In this document: positions 9,129-17,766 of the stretch, piece by piece
Numbering within the stretch: position 1 is the first letter of the stretch
Layout: the number at the start of each line of letters is the position of its first letter
From: an uncultured virus (IMG/VR IMGVR_UViG_3300037313_000338)
Lineage: Duplodnaviria; Heunggongvirae; Uroviricota; Caudoviricetes
DNA: 64,000 nucleotides
Virus record (IMG/VR): IMGVR_UViG_3300037313_000338
Strand: one strand, 5' to 3'
Made by a program: the position numbers and the translations under genes
The notes under the pieces: generated by a model
What the model saw: only the letters and a program-made list of their open reading frames with translations
The model's database searches: none
Told to the model about the DNA's origin: nothing

Positions 9129-9346
9129 TTAAGCCTTCCGACGGCCATTTAAGTATGGCGCTGACACGACGCGAAGCGTGTTAGTATCTGAAACGTACGG
9201 TAGGCTTAATCGAATAGATAGTAGCTCGTTGACGCTGACTGAAACACCTTTTGGTGGTAGGAACCGGCAGAGAGCCAAAGAAACCGGGTACTAATTCCTT
9301 AGAGGATTAGAACTTTGGGGCCTTGCATTATCTATTCGAACCAAGT

Positions 9347-9538
9347 GGGGCCGATCAGCATCGACGTGCGGCTAAAAGCGTATATGCGTCTCGGCATGAT
9401 TCCGCCGTTATCGGGTCAAAACTCCAAATGCCAACGAGAACATCGCTGGTCAGGAAATGGCTCGCGCGGCCTAACGGCTTCGCTAGTTAAATCCTACTTG
9501 TGGCCCGGAGGGAGCCATATCACCCAATCCCTCCACCT
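9347..9538 (+). ncRNA. ssrA: two-piece (permuted) tmRNA, coding piece; tag (A)ANENIAGQEMARAA
   Basis: 5' GGGGCCG pairs with CGGCTCC including G3.U70; GATCAGCATCGAC D-loop-like motif; tag frame 9430-9474 (GCC AAC GAG AAC...GCG GCC TAA) resembles alphaproteobacterial ANDN...AA tags. Confidence 0.9.
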
Positions 9539-9832
9539 TTACTAATAGCTAGATATGAGTCGGACACATCGATCTGGACTTCACACGTTGCAATGGTTTT
9601 CTCTCCCCCGGAGTAACGTGTGTGAACAACTCCCTGTCCGGGTTTGTTTGGGTCGGTGTGTCTCACTCATGTCTAATTATTAAACGTTGGTACCTGAGAA
9701 TACATGCTTCTCGATGGGATCAACCCATTGAGTTCCACATGTTGGCAATCTTGCCACTCCCTAACTTGTGGAGGGCGTGTATTCTGTCTCGTGTCATCGG
9801 GAGACAAGAGAACAAATAGTAGGAATAGTAAG

Positions 9833-10084
9833 ATGCTACGACTGAACGCTATGGAATTGGCCCTAAGCGTTATCCGCGAACGTAACCAACATTCGCGGAA
9901 GCTCGAAAAGGCTGTCGAAGAAATGGATACTCTGGCGGCCAAGGCTATGGCCGAGCCGGACGAAATGAAGCGAATTGCTTTATTAAAGCAGATTACCAGC
10001 CGTGCGGGTACCGCGCTTCTCGAAGAGCGGAGTTTCGACTCCGCTGTCTCGGAAGTGCAGGAACGTGCTAAGCTATTAATGTAG
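9833..10084 (+). CDS. hypothetical helical protein
   Basis: AGGA RBS and ATG; coiled-coil-like composition. Confidence 0.6.
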   Translation: MLRLNAMELALSVIRERNQHSRKLEKAVEEMDTLAAKAMAEPDEMKRIALLKQITSRAGTALLEERSFDSAVSEVQERAKLLM

Positions 10085-10247
10085 TCCGTTACCTCCCCCG
10101 GTTGGTAAGCCAATTCACCGGAGTCCTAACCCGAAGCTGAAGGGGACGGCGCACAGAGGTTATTACGTCTAGAGGGCAGACAAGCGGACCTTAAGCAAGT
10201 AGCGCCATCTGTCTTGGCCGTAATAACTAGAAATCCGGCTAGAAGGG

Positions 10248-10281
10248 AAGGCCCTCGGTGGAAACATCGGGGGCCTTTCTT
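10248..10281 (+). terminator. intrinsic terminator
   Basis: AAGGCCCTCGGTG-GAAA-CATCGGGGGCCTT followed by TCTT. Confidence 0.65.
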
Positions 10282-10396
10282 GTATGTGGATGCGGTTTGG
10301 GGATGCTATGAGACGCGACGGTCCTCTCAAGGGAGGGTTGGTAGGATAGAACTTACAACTCGTAGCATCCAGCCCAACCGCATAGGAATTAATAAC

Positions 10397-10648
10397 ATGT
10401 ATCGGATCACCGATCACGCTATTGTGCAATTCCTAGAACGTGCACTAGGAATCGATATTCCTGCCGTACGTGAGCAACTACGTGCGGTGGTGGAATTGGC
10501 GGTAGCAGAGAATTCTGAGCGTCCGCAAGTCAAAGGGTGTCATCTAGTAATAGAAGACAATGCGCTTGTCACGGTCTTGAGTCCGACTATGCGACCTAAG
10601 AAGGTTAAGAGACGCAAGGAAAACGTCCCCGCCTGCTCGACCGCATAA
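10397..10648 (+). CDS. small protein with ITDHA..FLER motif (possible RelE-like fold)
   Basis: MYRITDHAIVQFLERALGIDI...LVIEDNALVTVL. Confidence 0.55.
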   Translation: MYRITDHAIVQFLERALGIDIPAVREQLRAVVELAVAENSERPQVKGCHLVIEDNALVTVLSPTMRPKKVKRRKENVPACSTA

Positions 10649-10689
10649 ACGCCTAATTTGACGGCACAGGATTTAGTAAAGGTGTCGCA

Positions 10690-12066
10690 GTGGCGGTCAA
10701 ACTATCTACTCTACCGGCTCCGACGTATCGGCGCGGTGCGCGCGGTGTTCGTAAAATCGCAGTCCCCGTTCGTGCGGAACTGAAGGCCAAAAATCTCTTC
10801 GAGGAAGAGGAAGAGAAGCAGTTATTAGAAGAAGTGCACGAACTGTTCGACGGAACGTATTCGGTTATTAGGCCGGGTCCGTGGAAGCGAGCGTTCCGAC
10901 CTTCGGGTTTCCCGTATTGCCCGGTACTCGACGCGATGACCGGTCCGGAGAACATGGACTATGGTAAAGCGTTCTACCTCGATATCGGGACCACTGTTCA
11001 CGCGCTTATGCAGGAATATATCGCGCGGTCGGCGCGAGGCCGCACAAACGTCTTTGCTAACTGGAAATGCAAGGATTGCGGCGGCGAACATATCTTCACG
11101 CCTATTCCTTACGTGTGCGCTTTCTGTGGCGCTGATAGTGAGAAGCTGGGTTACGAAGAACTAGCGTTCGAGAACGCGTTTGGCATTCAAGGCGGCCACA
11201 TCGACTTGTTAGTAAAGACTAGCAAGGGTTGGATTGTGGGAGACTGGAAGACCGCTTCTGAAATGGGCATGGACTACCGCAAAGAGGCTGACGGGAAACA
11301 CCACCACCAGCTACAAGCGTACTGTCTAGCGATCCAAGAGTTATTCAAGGATCACCTTCAGGGATTGCCGGTAATCGGCTACATGCTGATTTTCGTTCCG
11401 CGCGATGCGTCAGGACGGCGAGATTCCAAAGGTGACATTAGTAGCTCTAACTGGACACCCTACATTTACAAGTGGTCTCCGGAAATGGCGGTGGAAACGA
11501 AACGTCGCCTGTTCACGCAACGCGCTAGTTACGAAGCTGCTTCGATTGGCTACGAAACTAATAACTGGCTACCGGCGGCGTGGTTACGGCCATGCCAAAC
11601 GTTGGCAGATTTCAGCAAGCCTATGGGCATGCGGGATGGTTTCTACCAAGGCAAGCTATGCGAAAATCTCGATACCTGTTGCCGTAGTTCGCAGGAAGTA
11701 GCCGATGGAATTATTAAATTCCGATCAACCGTGAACGAGGATACGGCGCGCAAGACTGCTTTTATTAACGAACAAAAAGCGGAGTACCTTGCGTGTGCAG
11801 CGCAAGGATTCGTTGCTCCATCGCTGCTAGCCGAATTGAAAAAGGCGCGTAAGGCGGATGACTATGACAACGAATACGTCGAATCGATCTTAGCGGTTAA
11901 GGCGTCATTGGAAGCCTTGCTAGCGATTCGCACGGCGCTTAGTAGGCAAAAGACTCTGGAGTTTTTCGGAGTTCCAACCGAAGAGGCCAAGGCGGTAGCG
12001 GCGAAGTCTGAACCTACGTGGGAACGGGAAAAGCCAACAAAACCAAAACGTAAGAAGGCGGCCTAA
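10690..12066 (+). CDS. Cas4-like PD-(D/E)XK exonuclease
   Basis: RPS...YCP, GT.VH, GHID...DWKT, QLQAY and C-terminal Cys residues; inserted CxxC..CxxC. Confidence 0.8.
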   Translation: MAVKLSTLPAPTYRRGARGVRKIAVPVRAELKAKNLFEEEEEKQLLEEVHELFDGTYSVIRPGPWKRAFRPSGFPYCPVLDAMTGPENMDYGKAFYLDIGTTVHALMQEYIARSARGRTNVFANWKCKDCGGEHIFTPIPYVCAFCGADSEKLGYEELAFENAFGIQGGHIDLLVKTSKGWIVGDWKTASEMGMDYRKEADGKHHHQLQAYCLAIQELFKDHLQGLPVIGYMLIFVPRDASGRRDSKGDISSSNWTPYIYKWSPEMAVETKRRLFTQRASYEAASIGYETNNWLPAAWLRPCQTLADFSKPMGMRDGFYQGKLCENLDTCCRSSQEVADGIIKFRSTVNEDTARKTAFINEQKAEYLACAAQGFVAPSLLAELKKARKADDYDNEYVESILAVKASLEALLAIRTALSRQKTLEFFGVPTEEAKAVAAKSEPTWEREKPTKPKRKKAA

Positions 12067-12208
12067 AAAGTTAGAACTAGGGTGTTGACACCCACTTCGT
12101 TAGGGCTTAAGTTTGAATTCATCGGAACACCGGACCGAGACACAAGGGTTTCCCTTCTCTCAGTCCAACCGCTAGTTGAGAACTGAAACCCTAACGGAGT
12201 TTACTAAC

Positions 12209-12655
12209 ATGAAGATCACGACCCTCGAACAAGCTAAGGCGTACATCAAGACGCTGGAAGCTGAACGCGACGCCCTGCGGCTGAAGGCCATCGGCCATCG
12301 CTCGGACGGTACCATTGACAAGTACACGGACATGGAAGCCGCCGAGCTTCGTGCTCTGATCGAACGTCGCGGCGGTGATCCGGACGAAATCGCCAAGGGC
12401 GCGCACAGCCGGGGTCGCTCGGTGCTGATGCGTCAATGGCTGCGTTCGCATCCCGGCAAGGGTGCGAAGGCTGAACCGGTGAAGTCGGTTACTAAGAAGC
12501 CGAAGCGTCCGCCTGAGCCGCCGCCGGTCGCTAAGAAGCGCAAGCCGAAGGTGGTCGAAGCGCCGCCCGCGCGCAAGCCGAAGAAAGCCGCGAAGCAGGC
12601 TGGCCGTCCGGCTAAGAAGGCCGCTGCTAAGCCGGGCAAGCGCAAGGCGATGTAA
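12209..12655 (+). CDS. putative DNA-binding protein, Lys/Ala/Pro-rich tail; paralog of 16150-16806
   Basis: Shared DKY...EL...RGG....I....H.R.R...WLR..P domain; histone H1-like tail. Confidence 0.65.
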   Translation: MKITTLEQAKAYIKTLEAERDALRLKAIGHRSDGTIDKYTDMEAAELRALIERRGGDPDEIAKGAHSRGRSVLMRQWLRSHPGKGAKAEPVKSVTKKPKRPPEPPPVAKKRKPKVVEAPPARKPKKAAKQAGRPAKKAAAKPGKRKAM

Positions 12656-12662
12656 AAACCGA

Positions 12663-12693
12663 AAAGGCCGGGTTATTAACCCGGCCTTTTCTT
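12663..12693 (+). terminator. intrinsic terminator
   Basis: AAAAGGCCGGGTTATTAACCCGGCCTTTTCTT. Confidence 0.75.
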
Positions 12694-12784
12694 TATCGGA
12701 AACTGCCAATAGGCCGCCTCGCGAGGCGGCCTAATTTTTGTCTGTTCTACAACTTCATTCTAGTGGCTTAAAGGCTAATAACCT

Positions 12785-13435
12785 ATGACTGATGAATCCA
12801 GCACTAGCATTCGCGATCTTATGGTCGTGGACAACGCACAGAAAATCGCCGGGATTATGAAACTCCTGACGGCGTTTAAGCCTATCGATATTAGTAAGGC
12901 GCAGAAGATCGTCGTCGACGGTGGGGAATTGTCGCGGGACGATTTCTATCGTGCTTACCCCGGACTAACTTCTAGTCCGCTGGCTGACGATCTAGGCTTG
13001 GTCGTGTTGGCCCCGTCTTCGGTTGCGGAATTTATGCTGAATGCTATTGCCGCGATGGGCGCGTTGGCACAAGCATTCGCCAGTTTCGCAGAATTTACTA
13101 ATACGAAGCAACTACAAGCTCTCGTGCAAGCCTGGGAAGATTATAATGTTGCACCCAGCGGGTCGGTTGCTGAAGTCAACGCACGGCAAACGTACGAAGC
13201 GTTGATGGAAGATATTAACGAAACCGTGCTTCGTACTAATCCGAAGCTTTACGCTGCGTTTGAAGACCCCGAATGTGGCTTTGTCGCTGCTGCGGCTGCT
13301 ACGTTTAACGGTGATCTGGACGGAGACGAGGAAGACGACGAAGAGGATGATGAAGATTGCGAGGCGAACGCCGATCTTATCGCTGAGGATGACGACGAGG
13401 ATGACGACGCTAATAGCAATTCGTCCTTGAACTAG
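12785..13435 (+). CDS. hypothetical protein with acidic C-terminus
   Basis: AAAGG RBS; D/E-rich tail. Confidence 0.7.
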   Translation: MTDESSTSIRDLMVVDNAQKIAGIMKLLTAFKPIDISKAQKIVVDGGELSRDDFYRAYPGLTSSPLADDLGLVVLAPSSVAEFMLNAIAAMGALAQAFASFAEFTNTKQLQALVQAWEDYNVAPSGSVAEVNARQTYEALMEDINETVLRTNPKLYAAFEDPECGFVAAAAATFNGDLDGDEEDDEEDDEDCEANADLIAEDDDEDDDANSNSSLN

Positions 13436-13476
13436 GTCGTTTTCTAGCGAATCTCACATAAACCTAGCTAGGCCGC

Positions 13477-13601
13477 TTGACACCTATAAGCGAATCGCTT
13501 AGATTTAAGGGGCTAGGCGAGATACGGCCCTAAACGGCCCTAGGATAGCGAAATTCGCTTCTAGAGGGTCGCTTGACACCGGACGAATCAAAGTCTAGAG
13601 T
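13477..13601 (+). promoter_or_regulatory. tandem sigma70-type promoters with GANTC in spacer
   Basis: TTGACA(13477)..CGAATCG..TAGATT and TTGACA(13573)..CGAATCA..TAGAGT. Confidence 0.65.
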
Positions 13602-13678
13602 AGTTTCCAGCGTTGGGGCGGCCCTCCCTAACACAACTGGACAGCGCGGGCAGAAACTTTGCAAAGGACTAAAGGCTT

Positions 13679-14389
13679 ATGAGCAAGCTGACTAAGGTTA
13701 TTAAGAACATCCAGAAGACCGCCGGTCAAATCGGTGAACTGGATATGGACGCCGAGACTCAAGAGGCGCTCATGCTCCCGCTGCTGAACGCTGCGCAAAC
13801 GCTGCTCGCTTCGTACCTCTCGATGGGTACTAACCTGACCGGTCTCGAAGACGACGCCGACGAAGACGGCGATGACGACGAAGACGCGGAAGCCGACGAG
13901 GACGAAGACGAAGACGCCGATGAGGACGGCGACGAGGACGAAGACGAAGACGAGGATGAAGACGCCGACGAAGACGAAGACGAAGACGAGGACGGCGACG
14001 AAGACGAAGATGAAGACGAAGACGGTGATGACGACGATTTCGCCGACGACGAAGACGAGGAAGACGAAGACGAGGATGAAGACGCCGAAGACGACGAGGA
14101 CGAGGAAGAACCGGCGCCTGTGAGCAAGAAGTCCAGCAAGGTTACTAAGCCTGCTGCTAAGGCTAAGGCGGCTCCCGCCAAGGCCACTGCGAAGGTCGCC
14201 GCCAAGCCTGCCAAGAAGAGCAAGGGTCCTGACTACGACTCGATGGGCTTCGCCGATCTGAAGGCCGCTCTGCTGGAAGGCGACAAGAAGCGCGTCGGCG
14301 CTATTAACAAGGCGGTCGAAGGCGTCGGCCCTCGCGCCAAGGCCAGCAAGGTTCTTGCGCTGGCCCGCAAGAAGGGTTGGATCAGCTAA
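13679..14389 (+). CDS. protein with very long D/E tract followed by K/A-rich region
   Basis: ORF with ~85 near-continuous acidic residues; terminator at 14419-14448. Confidence 0.8.
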   Translation: MSKLTKVIKNIQKTAGQIGELDMDAETQEALMLPLLNAAQTLLASYLSMGTNLTGLEDDADEDGDDDEDAEADEDEDEDADEDGDEDEDEDEDEDADEDEDEDEDGDEDEDEDEDGDDDDFADDEDEEDEDEDEDAEDDEDEEEPAPVSKKSSKVTKPAAKAKAAPAKATAKVAAKPAKKSKGPDYDSMGFADLKAALLEGDKKRVGAINKAVEGVGPRAKASKVLALARKKGWIS

Positions 14390-14513
14390 GACCATAACGG
14401 GAATTAGTAAATCTGCGGAGGGCGGGGGATTAATCCCCCGCCCTTTTTCGTTGCGCGAGAATTTTACTAATATGAAGACACATGCGGAAAGGTGCGCAGG
14501 TTCGGTTTTACCC

Positions 14514-14981
14514 ATGGGAAGTTTTCAGCATCCGAAGGGTTGGACGGCGCAAGTCGGCCAACAGGGCGGTAGGCCCGCTGTAGCCGTCTATCGTGACGGC
14601 AAACTAAAGCGCGTGCGCTATCTAACAGGCGAACGTGAGAACGTGTCTAGCAAGGTGCTGGACGGATTGCCGTCAACGCTGAAATGGCAAGGCACGCGTA
14701 GTAACTTCCGTGTTCTGGGTCAGGTGCGCGGCGGCAGGTTTGAATCGCTAATAATCGCTATGCATGATGACGACGTGGCGATTGCCAATCTTACCGATTC
14801 GGTAGTCGTAACGACGGCAATGCATAACGGATTGAGCACGCCTAGCGTCCACAAGACCAAAGGCAAAGCGTTGTCGCCGCGCACGGTGCTCACAAGCACC
14901 TATCGTGAATGCATCCGGGTCGCGTGGTTCAATCGGGAAACCGGTAAAGTTATTAAGCGCGTCAAACTATCGCGAATTTAG
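14514..14981 (+). CDS. hypothetical protein
   Basis: Open frame after the terminator; start uncertain (14472 or 14514). Confidence 0.55.
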   Translation: MGSFQHPKGWTAQVGQQGGRPAVAVYRDGKLKRVRYLTGERENVSSKVLDGLPSTLKWQGTRSNFRVLGQVRGGRFESLIIAMHDDDVAIANLTDSVVVTTAMHNGLSTPSVHKTKGKALSPRTVLTSTYRECIRVAWFNRETGKVIKRVKLSRI

Positions 14982-15035
14982 GATCGGTCGTGGAGCCTAA
15001 TTTGCTCCCGACAATCACCGGATAGGTTTATTAAT

Positions 15036-15983
15036 ATGAATTTGCCGCCCAATGAAGAAGGCTACCTCGCTTTAGCAGCGGACATTCTCGAAAACGGTCA
15101 GCACATCGAGGACCGAACGGGAGTGGGGACGTTAGGCGTGTTTGGTCGCCAACTGCGATTTGATCTAACCAAAGGATTTCCGCTATTAACTACCAAGCGA
15201 TTGTTCACGAAAGCCATCGTGTATGAACTGTTGTGGTTCCTGCGTGGCGATACGAACGTGCGATGGCTGCAAGAGCGCGGCGTTAGTATCTGGGACGAAT
15301 GGGCGGACGAGGATGGAGACCTAGGGCCGATCTACAGCAAGCAATGGCGTTCGTGGGAACACGTTAAAATGGAAGGCGCTTTCCTGTCTGAAGTTCGTAC
15401 TATCGATCAGATTAGTAACGTGATCGAAAGTCTACGTAAGAACCCTGCTGGTCGTCGTCATATCGTGAGCGCGTGGAACCCTGCGGAAGTGGATGAAATG
15501 GCATTGCCTCCGTGCCACTGTCTGTTTCAATTCTACATGCGCGAAATCCCTATTAACGACAGGTTGGCTATGTTGCCCGCCTATACACAGCAACCGTTAG
15601 CCTGCGATTTAACGCCAAATCACGTAGGCCGTACGCTTTCCGTAGCTGGCGTGCCGCGTTATTATCTGGATTGCCAACTCTATCAGCGTAGCGCCGATCT
15701 GTTCCTCGGTGTCCCGTTCAACATCGCCAGCTATGCGCTATTAACGTATATGATCGCGCAACAGGTGAACGCACTACCGGGTGAGTTCGTGCACACGTTC
15801 GGAGATGCACACATCTATCGTAATCACGTTGACCAAATGCGTTTGCAAATGAGCCGCGAGGTTCTCCCACGGCCGCAGTTGCTACTAACTAAGCAAAATT
15901 CGATCTTCGATTACGAATTCGAAGACATTCGGTTTCACGGCTACAAACCGCATCCGACGATTTCAGCGCCCGTTGCCAAATGA
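15036..15983 (+). CDS. thyA: thymidylate synthase
   Basis: [55 protein letters not shown]; ~40-aa insertion after the catalytic motif. Confidence 0.96.
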   Translation: MNLPPNEEGYLALAADILENGQHIEDRTGVGTLGVFGRQLRFDLTKGFPLLTTKRLFTKAIVYELLWFLRGDTNVRWLQERGVSIWDEWADEDGDLGPIYSKQWRSWEHVKMEGAFLSEVRTIDQISNVIESLRKNPAGRRHIVSAWNPAEVDEMALPPCHCLFQFYMREIPINDRLAMLPAYTQQPLACDLTPNHVGRTLSVAGVPRYYLDCQLYQRSADLFLGVPFNIASYALLTYMIAQQVNALPGEFVHTFGDAHIYRNHVDQMRLQMSREVLPRPQLLLTKQNSIFDYEFEDIRFHGYKPHPTISAPVAK

Positions 15984-16035
15984 TCCACTGTTAAGCTTAA
16001 CAAGGGGCTGTCCAGATTGGGCGGCCCCTTTTTCT

Positions 16036-16118
16036 AGTTAGGCCTAACTTTCTTTGTAGGGGCGCTTGACAGGCGAATCGCTAGGGTCTAAATAGAAGGG
16101 GTCGGGGCGGATCGCCCC
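16036..16118 (+). promoter_or_regulatory. early promoter module (palindrome + -35 + CGANTCG + 5' hairpin)
   Basis: AGTTAGGCCTAACT, TTGACA at 16066, CGAATCG, GGGGCGGATCGCCCC; repeated at 23837 and 31296. Confidence 0.7.
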
Positions 16119-16149
16119 TCAGAAACACCTAACCCGAAAGGCTCGCCAA

Positions 16150-16806
16150 ATGGACAACCGCTTTCTCGTTACCGCCACTCGCGTCATCTTCGTTGACGAC
16201 GCCACCGCCGAGGAACTGAACGCGGCCAAGCTCGCGCATCCCGGCAAGACTATCGTGCGGGCGGCTACGCTGTACATCGCCCCTAGCGGTCTCGCTTCGC
16301 ATCAAACCGAATCGCACAAGGAACTTCAGGACCGTGTGCGCAAGCTGGAACGCACCGTTTCGATGCTGGTTGAAGCGGCGAACGATATTAATAAGCCGAC
16401 CAAGACCACGGTCGAAACCGTTACCGAAACGGTCAAGCCGGTGTCGCCTATCGCCGCTAAGATTGCCGCGAAGCACAACGCGAAGGTTAAGGCGGAACCC
16501 AAGCCCGCCCCGGTTATTAAGGAGGAACCGCAACCGGCAGCCGCCTCCGCCCGCATCGTCGATAAGTACAGCGGTTACGACAAGGACGAATTGCTGCGCC
16601 GGGTGAAACTGCGCGGCGGCAACGCCAAGCGGATCATGGGCGACCTGCACGCCCGCGCCCGTACCAATGCGCTTCGCGATTGGCTGCGCGCCAATCCACC
16701 CAAGCCGAAGGCGGACAAGGTTACTAAGCCTTCCGGTAAGAAAGCTCCGAAGGCCATTCTCTCGACCGTGCGCAAGAACGTCTCCAAGCGCCGCGCCGCT
16801 CACTAG
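16150..16806 (+). CDS. putative DNA-binding protein; paralog of 12209-12655
   Basis: VDKYSGYDKDELLRRVKLRGGNAKRIMGDLHARARTNALRDWLRANP plus K/P/A-rich linkers. Confidence 0.7.
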   Translation: MDNRFLVTATRVIFVDDATAEELNAAKLAHPGKTIVRAATLYIAPSGLASHQTESHKELQDRVRKLERTVSMLVEAANDINKPTKTTVETVTETVKPVSPIAAKIAAKHNAKVKAEPKPAPVIKEEPQPAAASARIVDKYSGYDKDELLRRVKLRGGNAKRIMGDLHARARTNALRDWLRANPPKPKADKVTKPSGKKAPKAILSTVRKNVSKRRAAH

Positions 16807-16807
16807 T

Positions 16808-16858
16808 AAGGTTCTATAGAAGGGGCGGTTACACTAACGCCCCTTCGATTAGACTCTT
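16808..16858 (+). repeat. intergenic hairpin repeat, copy 1 of 6
   Basis: AAGGTTCTA..GAAGGGGCG-loop-CGCCCCTTC..TAGACTCTT followed by AGGAGG. Confidence 0.75.
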
Positions 16859-17009
16859 AGGAGGATTACTAACATGAATAGGTTTGTGATTCTGCGTGAG
16901 GCATTCTATCGGGCCGACAATCCGCAAGTGCGGGGCCGCATTCTCGACTTGTGTGCTAAGGCGCACGCGCTGCAACTGCGGAACAACAATCGTCAGAAAG
17001 GTTACTAAC

Positions 17010-17399
17010 GTGAGCCAGGACACCACGTATGTAAAGGTCGCGCATGCTTCTGACTACGTGCGCAAGAACGACCGCCGATGGATGGCTATTAGTATCGCTA
17101 TCGCCATAGGCGGTGTGATCGGGATGGGCCACATGGCTAATGCGGGTTACGATGCGGGCCGCGAAGTCGGAACGCTGGAAGGTCGTAGCGATGTGATCAG
17201 CGCTGTGGGGCTGCAATCCATCGAGTGCACGCCGCTGCGTGACGCTAATGACAAGATTATGGCATATCTACCCGGAAGCGACTGCCCAACGATCCATAAA
17301 TCGTACAAAGAACTCGTCGTGCAATTCAGGTACGGCGAACAGCATCACTTTACTAAAAGTGAAAACTGGTTCGATCGTTGGTTTGCCGGTAGAGGTTAG
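17010..17399 (+). CDS. hypothetical membrane-anchored protein
   Basis: GTG after AAAGG; one hydrophobic segment. Confidence 0.55.
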   Translation: MSQDTTYVKVAHASDYVRKNDRRWMAISIAIAIGGVIGMGHMANAGYDAGREVGTLEGRSDVISAVGLQSIECTPLRDANDKIMAYLPGSDCPTIHKSYKELVVQFRYGEQHHFTKSENWFDRWFAGRG

Positions 17400-17529
17400 T
17401 AAGGCGAGCACGCTATAAACTTACAGAAAAGGGCCAGTGGAACGCTTCCACTGGCCCTTTTGCGTTCCGGGCGGCGGTGTGGTAGAATGACGCACCAGCC
17501 GAATCGTAGTTTGGGAGAGGTTTATTAAT

Positions 17530-17754
17530 ATGGCACAAGGTCGCATCGCTCTGTTTGGTTCAGATCGAAACGAAGTAGCAAATTTCGCTGTGGACGATGT
17601 AGCAGCGGTGCCTGTTTTAATAAAAGTAGGCGAACGCTATTTCATCTACCAAATGTTCGACAGCACGCACAACACGATGCGTTTTACGGAAACTGCTGTC
17701 TGGTCACTGACGCTCAGCGAAGTGACTTCCGGTCAATCCCTAGCTGTGGCCTAA
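17530..17754 (+). CDS. hypothetical protein
   Basis: GAGAGG RBS and ATG. Confidence 0.6.
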   Translation: MAQGRIALFGSDRNEVANFAVDDVAAVPVLIKVGERYFIYQMFDSTHNTMRFTETAVWSLTLSEVTSGQSLAVA

Positions 17755-17766
17755 CAGGAGATTAAT

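Larger units (their letters stand above)
7699..9806 (+). ncRNA. polycistronic array of structured RNA domains including tmRNA
   Basis: ~2.1 kb with no credible ORF, made of about a dozen abutting segments, each closed by a G.U-containing terminal stem (see findings). Confidence 0.65.

Noticed and set aside
9317..9323. Alternative tmRNA 5' end GGGGCCT
   Set aside because: Pairs less well with CGGCTCC, lacks the following GA...TCGAC motif, and lies inside the 9210-9339 domain; 9347 fits fully.
10690..12066. Cas4-like gene as sign of a CRISPR-Cas locus
   Set aside because: No repeat-spacer array or other cas gene in the window; stand-alone Cas4-like nucleases are common in phages.
13850..14110. 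GACGAA/GACGAG tandem repeats as a repeat array
   Set aside because: Explained by Asp/Glu codons in a protein tract; no spacer structure.
13628..14515. Long minus-strand and alternate-frame ORFs over the acidic genes (also 54417-54875, 16129-16803)
   Set aside because: Shadow frames of low-complexity or strongly codon-biased + strand genes, with no RBS or promoter support.
15540..15665. Insertion in thyA as intron or intein
   Set aside because: In-frame, only ~40 aa, with no splicing signatures; a loop insertion at a variable position.
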